Counted from the stretch's first letter, positions 51,170 through 63,446 are shown. The stretch: DNA of 64,000 nt from Camelus dromedarius (GCF_036321535.1 NC_087437.1:7316001-7380000), one strand, 5' to 3'. The notes: generated by a model not told the origin, from the letters alone. A program made the numbers and translations.

Positions 51170-53499
51170 CAGGGCTTCTCATCACCTCTTTGTTACTGTT
51201 CAAGATGTTCAGCACACCCTACATGCCACCTCTTCACCCGTCCTTTCCCATCTTTCCAGCCCTGCCCCCTGACACTGCTTTCCCGACGTGTCCTGCTCCA
51301 GCCCTTAACGAGCCATAGCATCCCCTTTCTCGGCTCTTTTCCCTATAACTGTCCCTATAATTTCCTCCTCAGTTTATACATTCTTCAAGACTCACCTCCA
51401 AATTACCTCCTCTGTGAATCCTTCTCCACCAGATAACTGCTCAAAAGAGTCAGTCACCTCTCCTCTCATCCTCTTTTTCCACATGCCTACTATAGTAGTT
51501 ACGACATTAAATTCTGATTCTTTATTTGCCTATCTCTTGCAGTAGACTGGGGCTCAAGAGGTAAGAGAAGGCTTTACTCATCTTTACATCCCTACTGCCC
51601 AACACAGTGACTGCCATCCAGCAGGGACTTCATGAATGTGTTGGATGAATGACTACTTGCTTGATCACTTTTCTTAGCTAGACATGTCTGTTGTAATTGG
51701 CAGAAATTACCAGAGGTAATATCTTTACAACTTTGAGACATTAAATATTCTTCTAATACAGACTTATGTACCAACCTCAAACTTTATTTTTAATTAAAGA
51801 ACTCCTAGCATGTCATATTATTAGAAAGGACTCTTTTAAGACCACCAATGTAATAACCCCAAATAACTGAGTGAATTAGGCAGTTAATTTATACAAATAC
51901 TGTTACTTTCCGGCATTTGTGGTATTTTCAGTATTTTCAAAGGTTATATCATGAGTAGTTTCTTGTTCTTAATGAATACGCATGTTTGTACTCAACTCTG
52001 TGTTTGTAACTTTGTGTTCTTTTTCTTAAGAACCATCATCAAAATTACGTAAACCACAGGTACTGAAAAGCAGGCCAAGGCATTGACCTTCTAAGTGCAA
52101 AATGTAGAATCAGCATTGGCATTCTACGGAAAAAGACTAAAGTTGAGCCTTGGTATAAATTTGAGCAAGTCAGTTAACCTCCCTGTATCTCCATATACTT
52201 GCTACAAAATGAAAGATTAGGATTAGATTATTCTATGGCCCCTCCAGCTCTAAATTCTATGATTTTCTTAAGTCAAACAAAAATCAAAAACCGTGCGATT
52301 AACTAGCTCACATCTCTGGCATGGGTAGTACTTTTCAAGGAGCCTATATTTGTAACATCAGGAAGATATTCAACCTCCTCTGTCAAATCATCTTTGATGA
52401 ACATAGAGAAGCAAGAAGACAGAACATTGGATGACTGGTGGCAGGGGATGTTGGTAAATTTGGCTGAAAGAATTTAACTTTGCTCAGCATCATAGGTATT
52501 TTAGCAAGGCTTAAATAAACAGTTCAGTGTATTCACTTGAAAATCATTTATTTAGCTTTTCCATGTCTTGGGAACTAAGCCAACAAAAATATACAAACTT
52601 CAAAACCCAACTTCTTCCCCCAAGACCATACAGTGAGTAAGACAGATACGTGAGCCCTGAATGACCCATCTGGAAAGGTTAGTGGAAGGAAATGAGCATT
52701 AACAGGTGTGGTGACTCTAGCCAGGCAAGAAGCATTTTGTTGAAATAGGTGGTGATGCTGTGGGGGTCACGTAGGATGGAGAGGGGGGCAAATTTCAAGA
52801 AAAGTCTCTAATAGATAGAGGGGCATGAACCTGAGAAAGAACGTATTGCACTTTAGGATTGAAGAAGAAATATGGCTTCACACTCCAGACATGTTTCAAG
52901 CCTCTGTATGTTAAAGGCCCATGGAATTTATTATGTTTTCTGGTAATTACTATCAAAAGTATTATCTTATTAAACTTAAGAAGTTCTCTCTTTTTTTATC
53001 TCCTTCCTTAAAATATCCCTGGAGGAATTGATGGTATCTTTAAAAATTAATGAAGAAAAATTGTAAGCACACACAAAAATTGTGAGAATAGCGCAAGGAA
53101 TCACGGGTGCCCACTACCCAGCTTCAACAACGATCAGCATTTCACCATTCTTGTTTAATCTGTCTCCTCACTCTTCAAATCCCAGCATCGCATTCCTTCC
53201 CCCATGAAAACGTCAACATTTCTCCAAGAGGCAAGAATTTTTTAAACATTATCACGTTGAAAAAGATTGCCATCATTTCTTATTTTCACCTAGTACGCAG
53301 TATGTGTTCATACTTTCCTGATTGTTTTTTTAAATAAAAAAAAAAAAAGTCTCTTTTTTCCTGCCTGTTTGTCCAGGTTCACACTGTCCATTTTAAAGCT
53401 CCTCTGAAAAACGATTTTGCAACAGATAAAGTTACTTTAAAGAAAGTGGAATGTTCTCAACAACAGGTGTAAGAAGTAGGTGGTAGGTAATGCTCTTGC

Positions 53500-53750
53500 T
53501 AATTGCTTTTTCTCTGGAAGCAGTCTGCCTGGGTTCAAATCCAGGCTCTGTTAATTATTGCTCTGTGACCTTGGGTTTAACATCTTGCTTAAATTCCTTC
53601 ATCAGTAAAATGGGGATTAAAAAGCATCTATCTCATAGAGTCCTTACCAGGATTGAATTAAATGAGCTAATATTTGAGCATTTAGAACATGCCTAGTACA
53701 AGGCAAGCTTTTGAAAGTGTTTGTTACATAAATAAGAATAAGTAAATACA
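53500..53750 (+). mobile_element. MIR SINE
   Basis: ctgcctgggttcaaatccaggctctg...ctgtgaccttggg...catcagtaaaatgggga...ctcatag...ggattgaatta...tttagaacatgcct. Confidence 0.75.
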
Positions 53751-53959
53751 TCCAACTTTCACCCGTGGCACAGTAAAAGGAATGAATCACCTACGGATGG
53801 TCAGAAAAATTCACCCTTAGCCCAGAAATTGTCTCCAATGCCTGACTTACAATTCTGTTTATAGCACGTTTTTCTGCAGAACCAGGCAGACCGTACGTAA
53901 ACACACATTTTCTTAATGGAAGCAACGGCAGAACCCAGGAGCCATGTACCAGAAGGCTG

Positions 53960-54275
53960 TGGAGCTCATCAAGCAGATTCCCTTGAGATGGGACTTCCTT
54001 TTGGTGGTGGCCACTAGGCGGCTCCAGCAGGAGCAGGGAGAATGGGGAGAGGTGGGGGTCTAGGTGTTCCTTACTCGGGTCCCTTCCCTGCCTTGTGTTG
54101 GCAGTGACGATTCCTCCTCTGAAGACATAGCGCTTATCAGGCAGCCCTCTAGAACAGAGGCTTCTAGAAACTGCTCCCTGTACCTTCAGGTCTAGGGAAG
54201 GTCAAATCTCCCCATCATTACTGTCCAGCCTTGGGTGATTTCTTTTTCATTGTTGGTTTTCCTTCATGCAACCCA
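53960..54275 (+). mobile_element. ERVL LTR fragment (LTR33-like)
   Basis: cccttccctgcc...ttggcagtgac...caggcagccctct...gctccctgtaccttcaggtctaggg. Confidence 0.5.
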
Positions 54276-54429
54276 AAGTCCTGCCATTTAGTGGCTACAT
54301 TTAAGGGGATCTCACCTGATGCCTGGAATTCCCCAAAGGGTTTTTCATTCAACACTCATTTAATTCCTACATAACCCTGTACCTGGTAAACTAAGGTTTT
54401 CCAGGGTTTCGTTGGCCCAGGTTGTGACT

Positions 54430-54670
54430 GGATTGGTTTAGAGTAAGAGCACAGACTTTGGAATCTGACTGCTGGGCTCAAAATTCTGGTCCTGCCACCT
54501 GTGTGCTCTTGGTCCTGAGCACAAGTCCAGTGGTCAGTCTCAACTATAAAAGGGCTAACGAATAGTACCTACTTCAGAAGGTGGTTGTCAAGGTAAAATG
54601 TGTTAATTTATGTAACACATTTAGAGAACTTGGCACCTAAGAGATGCCACTGTGTGTTTGCTATTATTAT
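54430..54670 (+). mobile_element. MIR SINE
   Basis: taagagcacagactttggaatctgactg...aatagtacctacttcagaaggtggttgt...gtaacacatttagag...tttgctattattat. Confidence 0.7.
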
Positions 54671-55578
54671 TTATGAAGCCAAAGCCCATTTATACATTAC
54701 GCTCCCTACTATCAGAGAAAACATGCTTCTTCTCTAGAGTGGACGATCCCTGTCCCCATTTTTAAATAACTTGCATGATGTTTTCCATTTTATGCAGCGG
54801 ATAGGCTGTCATTTAAACATAAGAGCTTTCCGAAGCTCTTATGTTTAAAAAGTGAAGTAAGATACTGAGTTCTTTTTCCATTGTCAGAAAGGCAAGTATG
54901 GACAGCATCACAGGAGACGTTGTGGAAGCCCCCTGTTTGTGTACTGAATGGATTGTAAGAAGACAGATAATATCTTAAGGAACAGAAGGATTGTGATTTT
55001 TTCCATTGACATATGGATAAACTTGGGAAATTTGGCTACAGCCTCATCACTCTGTTCTAAGAAGAAGGGGGTTCTTTGTGGACATTAGCGTGTTTAAGAT
55101 GCAGATAAGCATCTGCCTTGGAGGACAAGTCAAGTGAAGCTCAAAACAGGGACCCTTTCTTATCATCCCAGAATTATTTTTGTATGGACTTGATGAACAG
55201 CCATAGACTCTGTGTTCTCTAAAGTCAACGGAAGCCAGTAAGCTAAAGGGAACACAGGAAGCGTTGGGTCAAGCAATTCTAGACCCAAAGGTGCGCGCGG
55301 GATGGCTGCTGAACTTAGAGAAATGTTCTCCCACCATCCTGCCTTTCCTCGTCTCTAATGTCAAGCCCAAACTACCCTGTGACTAGGTAACAGAAAGTGA
55401 ACAAATGCATGAATAAGCCTGAACATCTGCATCTTTGCCTCTTCATCCGGGATATGAAAACTTACAACTGCCTAAAAAAATCAGAGTCTTAAACATCATA
55501 AGTATTGGCTTAAAACCATTTTTTTCTTACTAGACAAATTCCCACATTCTTTATTGTGTTTTAGATATAAAGACCTAT

Positions 55579-55682
55579 GGGGGAGTGGGAGGTATGGCTC
55601 AGTGGTAGAGCGCGTGCTTGGCATGCCTGACATCCTGGGTTCAATCCCCAGTACCTCCGCTAACCAGAAAAAAAAAAAAAAA
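55579..55682 (+). mobile_element. tRNA-derived SINE, Vic-1-like (short form running straight into poly(A))
   Basis: ggtatggctcagtggtagagcgcgtgcttggcatgc...cctgggttcaatccccagtacctcc followed by an A run at 55668-55682. Confidence 0.9.
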
Positions 55683-57534
55683 GATGTTTGAAACTATTGC
55701 TGAACAAAGAGAAGAAAGATACTGGTAGGGTGTTACTACTTTATAAGTCTCTTAAAAGATAAATGTTCTTATCAAATAGATGGAGCTCATAGTGATTATC
55801 AGTCATTTTTTTACCTTTATTCCCACTTTATTTATTTATAGATTCATGCAGGCAGTTATTCACTTGACACTCAGTGCGTCTGGCACTTGCTAAGTTTCGG
55901 GAACGAGAAAGCAGGTAAGACTTTGTAGCTGTCTCAAAATGATCACTGACAGAAAACGGAACCATTGGAAAAACCACAAGCACACTAATGACTTAGAGGA
56001 CGATGAAATGTCATGATCCGAACAGACAGAGCTGTAGGTATTCACACAGCTTCCCCTCCTGGCAAAGGCAAGACTGAGACAGTGGCCAAGTCACAGAGTG
56101 GCCCTCAGGCAGGGACGGCTGAGCAGGAGCCGGTTTGGGGTGCCTGCGTGACATCTAGATGGCAATGCCAGGTCAGCTGCTCGACACAAGGGGTTTGGGG
56201 TTCAGAAAGAAATGCCGGCCCGGAAACTCAGGAGTCAACAGCATCCAGGCTGGTGTTAAAGCCGAGGATGTGGAGAGATTCCCCGGGAGAGTCCTCTACA
56301 GGTGCTGAAAGACCGTTTCCTCAACAAAACCCAGAGAGGGTGGGGAGGACACATCGCCCGTGAGAGCCGAGACCCCAGAAAGGAGTCTGTGCTGCCTGAA
56401 CACCTTTAAAATCCCTTCCTGGGAGCCACTTTGGAAAGAGCATCATTCACACAAGGAAGCAGTGGGGACTGGGAGGGGAGGGAAAAGCTGTCTGACTTTT
56501 TCGTACTCTCTAAGTAAGTAGAAAAGCAGAGCTTCAGACCTAGACTTCACACCTATCCTGCATGAGAGCCATCGGGGCGCAGAAGAACATCTGAATACAG
56601 CATATTCTTGGCTGTTAGAGGCAGAATGAGAGGTTATGCAAACTTAAGGATGGGTTTGAGGCTCACTGTCAGGGAGTGATTTGTAAATATATAGATTAAG
56701 TTTCCCCATAAAGTTAGGTTGGAAACCAAGAATGAAAGCATTTACTAAGAATGCTGATGCAAAAGTGCCTTGAAAGGAAAGGAGTGTTATTTACCTGCAT
56801 AAATATGTCTTCAGGCTTGACTCTTATTATTATAAGCGATTGGTAAGGAAGGTGTGTAACAGGTCATAAAGTATCTGGAGGACAATACCTTTGATGAACT
56901 GTCTCCCAGTTCGCATCCCCTGAGCTCATCTCCTCTGGGTCTCTGCAGACAGATCTCCCCAGCAGCAAAGCCCAGCACACAGGTCTGACCTGGATGGGAG
57001 CCTCGGGAGGGGCTCTGCTGTGAGTTTCCAGACATCTTGCCATCTCTGTGACCTCAGGCAATTTCTTTGAAGTCTGTGAGCTTCAATTTTCTCATCTGTA
57101 GAGTGAAGATACAAGTTCTTAGCTCTTGAAGATTCAACATGATCATCTGAGTATTTTCAGAATGGGGAATTTATCTTACTTGGGACTGATTCCCAGCTCC
57201 TAGAATAATAGTCTCTCCATAAATGTTTGTTGAATGAATAAACGAATGTATGTACATCGAATATGAAAGGGTGCCTAAAGTATAGCAGGTGTTTAATAAC
57301 TAAGTATTGGCTGCTTTTCCCTCCAGAAATCAGCACTGGCACTGCCTCTTCCTATTTCCGAAGCTCAGGTGAGTGTCCTTCCATCTTATCTGTTTTCCGT
57401 TTTTACACAAGTCCATAAATTAAGGAAACACCCCTGATCCACTTCCTCAGACATAGAAGACTCTATCTGAAAATGGACAGAGAAAGTATCACTGGATGGA
57501 ATCTTGTTGCAAACCAATACCCTACACCATTCCA

Positions 57535-57790
57535 AGTGGTTTCCCAGAAACTTCAATAGGAGCTGCGTGGGAGTAAAAGCAGGTAGAGTCGGAAAATGTT
57601 GGGGAGTACTGCCTCAAACAGGTTTCTTTAGTCTGGGACTTTTCAAAGCCCTTACTAGTTGTCTGTACATATGTGCATCCTCCAAGAGGGACCTACAACC
57701 GCACAGGGCTTCCAGCCACGTTTGATCCGAGGACCCTTTGGTCACAGATTATCTCATGGACCTTATATTGGCAGAACTTCTTGGGAAAGG
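57535..57790. mobile_element. MER103-like hAT-Charlie MITE
   Basis: agtggtttcccagaa ... aacaggtttcttta...ggactt...ctccaagaggg...tttgatcc...cttgggaaa; degenerate tttccca/tgggaaa ends. Confidence 0.55.
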
Positions 57791-59047
57791 TGGATGTAAT
57801 CATTATCTAGAAAAGCAGGCACAAAGCAAAAAGGATTTATTTTTATACGATGGTAAAATGCTCTCGCTCTCTCCTTTTTTTTTTTTTTTTTTTATTTTTA
57901 TTTTTTTTTTAGTTTGGGGAAGGCTTCTTTAGGAAGGAGATGTGGAGTTCTCACAACCCAAGACAGCCATCGAGGAAATTTCATTTCAATGAAGCATTTA
58001 AATGAGCGAAAACAAATGAACATAAAATAAGTATATAATAACACCTTGGGAGAATTAAACATCTCTCCGTTTAACATCTGTCACATAGATAATCGCAGCA
58101 GCTTGATTGATTATGGAACAGGAAACTGGAAGTTTAAACGAGAAGCAGCTGAGTTTGCTTACATCCCCTGCAAAGGGACTACTTTCTTTGGCAGATTGAT
58201 ATCACACCAAGGTTTGAAGTTTCATTAAAGAAGCCTGGTTGTTCGGTCTAACAGTATGTTCCAGAATGTGTGTGTTTGTGTAATCACTGTGTTGCATCAC
58301 GCTCTTAGAAAGGATAATGGTGTTATGCATGCATTCTGGAGTGTGCTGTGTCTTCAATGACATCTTTTCACAAGGAAACTATATAACATTGTGGCATATC
58401 TGTAACAATGAAAATATAATCAGCACATTAATTATCAAGTGACAGGTAGACTCCTCTGACTCATGATTGGGTGTCAGCTGGGATTTTTTCTCCCTTGTGC
58501 AATTTTCTAATATGTCGGTGTCTATTGTGGTTTTGAAAAGCGTGTATATTCACATTTTCTGAAAGGCCTGCTGATATATAATGGAAGAATTTTTTTTTTT
58601 TAATGAACAGAGTCAAGCAGCAAAACACATAGCTTATGTTGAATTCCTTTTAACCTAAATTCTGTATCAAGTGGTGTTCACACCTGCAGATTCTACGCTC
58701 ATCTTTACATGCAAACTTCCTGCTGAAAGCAGGTCAGGGTTAACAACTGGATTGACTTGGAGGGCTGCTGTTTTGGTTTTTTTTTTTTTTCCCTAACAAT
58801 TAGTTTTATGTTCTTCTAAATAATTGCTTCATTCTGTTTTTGTGCATCTGTGCAGGGGTTTGTTGATGACATTGGTAAATTTCCAAATGGTTGTAAAACC
58901 GGGGAATACCAGTTAAGCAATCAAGTAACCCACCTGTGGGTGAGAAAAGAGGCTTTATCCAATGGCACCCCCCCCAAAAAAATTCCTTTGACAAAACAAT
59001 TAATTCTGCTCTGTGGGAAAATGGTTCTGCTCAGGTGAGGATAGGAG

Positions 59048-59480
59048 ACACCGTATTTTTAAAGACCTTGGGCTCTAGGTAGCTCAGAGGAGACCAACAA
59101 AAAATGATAAAAGATTTGGAAAACAAGACCTGTGAGGGGAAGCTAAGAACATGGGATATTTATTCCAGTCGAAGGAGGCTGAGGGGAGACATAACTGTCT
59201 ACCTAAAGGTTAAATAATTTTATAAGCAGGAGAGGCATTAAGTATTACTTGTAGTAGAACAGGACAGTCAGAAGGAAAGAGCTACACCCATTTTACTTAA
59301 TAGAAGGAACAGCTTTTGTAACACAAAGATTATTCATGTGATGGAGTTAAGTGCCGGGGAAGTCTAGGTCTGGCAGCTGTGGAATCAGGAGTAAGTTTTG
59401 GGCAAATCCTTGAGAATAATTTGAAGCACCTTGAAGTCAGTCTGTGGCCTGGAAGATGGGTTAGAACTCAGTTCTTCTAT
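59048..59480 (+). mobile_element. L3/CR1 LINE 3' fragment
   Basis: cagaggagaccaacaaaaatgataaaagatttggaaaacaagacctgtgag translates QRRPTKMIKDLENKTCE, followed by gaaggaggctgaggggagac; compare CR1 ORF2 end QRRATKMIKGLE..YEERL..LG.FSLEKRRLRGD. Confidence 0.72.
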
Positions 59481-59719
59481 TGGAAACGATGGTGTGAATT
59501 CTTCATGGCTGTCATAATTTGTTCAGTCGGGAAGGAAATGTGTATCAGGGCATTCAGAGACCCATATGATCATTCCTAAGGGACAAGCATCAAAACTCAG
59601 CATCAAAATATCCTGAAATATTTAAATTACAAATTACTGATGTTTTCAGTAGAGGAGTATAAATGACAAATTCAAAAGTCTTGTATAACCTTGATTTTCC
59701 ATTTGGGAAATTGAGCTAC

Positions 59720-60086
59720 TCTCAATCCCAGACCTCGTGGTCCAGGTGGAGGGTAGCTTACTCCCAGCCTCGGGCATGGGCGTGGGTCCGGAGTGTATGT
59801 GACACATGATTGGATCAGGAGTGGACACTGAAAACCAGTCTTCAGTCTTGTGTTGGAACTATTGAAAGGGTGGCATCCTCTTTACTTTGCTCCTTCTCAG
59901 CTGGTAGAAAGCAACCTGGAGTTGCTAGAGATGCCACTGCATGGAAGAATCTGCCTTAGAATGAAGGGGGAAAGTAAAGCAGAAAGATGAAGAAAGAAAC
60001 AGGATGGTTGCAGGATAGTATGTGAACCCCTGGTCACAGCCGTGGCTGCAATCGACTATTACAACTTATATGTGAACCAACAAATT
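59720..60086 (+). mobile_element. Old MaLR LTR (MLT1K-like), cut by the L1 insertion
   Basis: cctggagttgct...gaagaatctgcct...gaacccctgg...tatgtgaaccaacaaattcc. Confidence 0.45.
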
Positions 60087-60098
60087 CCTTTTAGTTGT

Positions 60099-60789
60099 TG
60101 TTTTGTTTTGGTTTTTTTTTTTTTTTTTTTTGGTTTTTGTTTGTCTTTGTTTTTATTGAACTATAGTTGATTTATGATGTTGTATTTCTGGTATATAGCA
60201 CAGAGATTCAGTCATACATACATATATGTGTATGTATTTTTTCATTATATGTTATTAAACAATTCTGAATATAGCTCTCTGTGCTATACAGTAGGACCTT
60301 GTTCTTTATCTATTTTATATATTAGTAGTTTGTATCTGATAATCCCAAAATTCTGATTTACCCCTTCCCCATTTTCCCCTTTTGGTAACCATAAATTTGT
60401 TTTCTATGTCTGTGAGTCTGTTTCTGTTTTGTAAATAAGAGTTACCCTATGATCCAGCAATCCCACTCCTGGGAATATATCTGGAGGGAACTCTAATTCG
60501 AAAAGATGCAATGTTCATAGCAGCACTATTTACAACAACCAAGACATGGAAACAACCTAAATGTCCATCAACAGATGACTGGCTAAAGAAGTTGTGGTAT
60601 ATATATATTTACATACCGCACACACACACACAATGAAATATTCAACTGTTAAAAAAAATGAAATAATGTCATTTGCAGCAACATGGATGGACCTGGAGAT
60701 GATCATACTAAGTGAAGTTAAGTCAGACAGAGACAAATATCACATGATGTGACTTACATGTAGAATCTAAAACAGTGAAGACAAATGAC
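60099..60789 (-). mobile_element. Lineage-specific L1 with a 5' inversion (twin-priming structure)
   Basis: 60099-~60438 is an antisense L1 3' end; ~60439-60789 is sense ORF2 C-terminus (gatccagcaatcccactcctgggaatatat...); TSD ccttttagttgt at 60087-60098 and 60790-60801. Confidence 0.9.
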
Positions 60790-60994
60790 CCTTTTAGTTG
60801 TGTTTTACCATAGTTTTTCATTTGTTGGTTTTGTTTTGTTTGTTTTTAAGGCAGTGATCTCTGACCCGTAAAACTTAACTTTCTAGAGTGGAGAGACAGA
60901 TGATAAGCGGTAAGCATGGTGAAACAGTAAATCATCTAGACTCTTAGAAGGTGATTAGCGCTGTGGAGAACAGACAAAAGTAAAGCAAGGCAAG

Positions 60995-60995
<1 letters not shown>

Positions 60996-61053
<58 letters not shown>

Positions 61054-61059
61054 TGTGTG
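60996..61059. repeat. (TG)n microsatellite within an L2 fragment (~60870-61160)
   Basis: Directly visible, one interruption. Confidence 0.97.
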
Positions 61060-62319
61060 AGGAGGGGGCACAATTATTAAAACGGGTGGCCAAACAAGGA
61101 CCTTCTGAGAAGGTGATAACTGAGCAAAGACTTGAAGGGCATGAGGGACGTCTGGAGAAAAAGTACTACAGAGAGTATTTCAGAAAGTCTAGACTCCAAG
61201 ACAGGCGATTGATAAAGGACTCTGAGCCACAAGCACATCTCTGCCCTACCTTCCTTTCTCAGACAGAAGCATGCGAGTTTCTTTTCAACTCTGTATTTCA
61301 GCTGAACTTGGACAGTTACTCATTAATAAGGAGTGCAATTTAATGCTCGAGAGTTCTAGACTTTGAAAGTTGAAATTTAGAGCAAACTTTGTTTAAATAT
61401 ATGTATACAGTTCTTCACGTGCATGTATGTACATATATATTTGTGTAAAAACTTTCATTTTGCTCAGTTCTGCTTATGGCTAAGGTTTCCGCTTCTGGGT
61501 GAATATGAGTTATTTGCCTTTTGTTTTATTTCTGAAAAATGAACCAATATTTAAGTCTGTGTACAATGACTCCACCATCAGAGTTTAAAAATATTTTCTA
61601 AACAACCACTTAGAACAAACTATACTAGTAAGGAACTATCAGCCTTAACAGAAGCAATCCTGACAAACAATTATTTTCATTGCCACACTGACAATTATGT
61701 AAATGTGTCTGGAACAGCAATGGGCACCTAATTATGACACCTAATTATGCCAACTTATTTATATACCTCCTTGAACAACATTTTAGCTCTAACTCCCCTA
61801 TTCATTCAAAGACAAGATAAAGAAAGGAGGTGATTGCCTCAACTTGGCGATAGGAACTCAGCTCATCTCTATGAACCTGGACAGTCCATGCTGAGCCCTG
61901 CTCACATGAGGGTTGGCTTTTCGCCGATTTCACAAGGGGAACAGACATGACTGTGGCTCTGGCTGAAGCCGTGATAGCATCAGCTTTCCTAGCCGATACT
62001 CCTAGTAGGGGAGCGATCACATCACATCTGACTTTAGCAAAAAATCAGCATCGATAATTCCTTCTGCTACGTTGAGCAAGTTACTGTATTCTAAACTACA
62101 AATAGAGTGAGGGTAAGTGAAGAAACAGTTATTACCACCATACCACAGGGTCATTTTCTGTCATTTAGATGAGTCTTGTTTTTTTCTTTTCCTTTCCTCT
62201 CCTTTTCTTCCCTTCCCTTCCCTTTCCTTTTCTTTCCAGAACCCAATGACATTTCTCAGAATTAAATGCCATTTCTTGATTTTGGTAGAGAAGAGTCATG
62301 ACATAACCTATTTAGATCA

Positions 62320-62745
62320 GCTCCTTGGAGGCTCTGCATCTAAGTGATTTATTCGGGAAGTGCTGTCAGATTAGGGGAGTGAAGGAAGCAGGTGTGTCAG
62401 CAGAAGGGACCAAGCTAAGGGGTGACCTCAGATGGAGATCCCCAGCCTGACCAAAGAGGGCACCCTGGAGCAGGAGTCATGCTACAGAGTTGAGCCCTCC
62501 TTGAAGCGGGTGCTTGGTATCCCAGGGTGATCTAGTCATCTGTCTAGGTCTGGGGGTGGAGGGCGTGGGGATGGGAGATAGGGGTTGGTGGCCTCCCAGG
62601 CCAGGAAGTTCCCACTTGACCCAGAGACATTCCATCAGCCTACACTCAGAGCAACCGGGGAAAAGGAACTGGATGAGACCCCAACAGCAGTCTCTGCAGG
62701 CCCCCAGCAAATGGGTGGTTAGCACATCACTTGGATTGTCCTAAG
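62320..62745 (-). mobile_element. Old ERVL-class LTR (LTR16-group-like)
   Basis: aagtgatttattcgggaagtgct...ggagtgaaggaagcagg...cccagcctgacc...ctggagcagg...cagagttg. Confidence 0.45.
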
Positions 62746-63099
62746 GAGTTTAAAGATCACCCCATTATAGCACCAGCATGGACTTCAGTTTGAGAAATGT
62801 AAAATTAAGCTTCTAATAAACCCTTTCCTTATTCTTGAAGTGCTGAGGTGATGCTGAAAAATGCTAAAAATATGGGCAGCCCTAGGCCTTTGTTCATCTA
62901 TAAAATAAAGAGACCAGAAGACACATTATCTCTCAGTTCTGAGCCCCTCCAATTCTAAATGATTTTCAAAGGACTTTTTTCTTTTCAAAATGTTGCCCTA
63001 CTCTACTGTCCTAAACTCTCTAATTTTTCCTGCATATGGCATGGTTGAGGAACTCCAAGATGCATAAAGGATCTGCCCAGGTATAAGGTTGCATCTAGA

Positions 63100-63240
63100 C
63101 CATTGAAACTCAAGGTTTGATCTGTAGACCAGGAGCAGTACCTGGGAGCTTGTTAAGGATACAGACCCCAACTCAAATCTGTTGAATCTTTCAACAAAGA
63201 TTCACAGATTTACCTGCATATTCAAATTTGAGAAGCACTA
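63100..63240 (+). mobile_element. MER5-like hAT-Charlie MITE
   Basis: ctcaaggtttgatctgtagaccag...acctgggagcttgtta...tgcatattcaaatttgagaagcact. Confidence 0.55.
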
Positions 63241-63446
63241 AGATACAGGACCTTGTTGAAATAAACTGATAATTACTTGACAAGCCCTTCAAATTTGGGG
63301 TCCTTTGGCTAGAGAGGGAGAGGTGGAAGGGCCTAAGAATTGAACTAATTAAAACCTCCCCAAACAGCTGGAATGGAACCATTTTCTGACCCAAGTGACA
63401 TAGTAAAAGCTACCTTGAGTGGGCCAGTGTTTAAATCACCCATTTT

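Noticed and set aside
55579..55660. tRNA-Ala-like gene (also 478-601, 40344-40508, 50795-50923)
   Set aside because: A/B boxes are present, but the copies are mutually diverged and have A-rich tails, and three have TSDs. They are SINEs, not tRNA genes.
739..63394. The supplied short ORFs as protein-coding genes
   Set aside because: All are 149 aa or shorter and many start at non-ATG codons. The recognisable ones are L1 ORF2 remnants or translated microsatellites and low-complexity tracts. None resembles a cellular protein I know.
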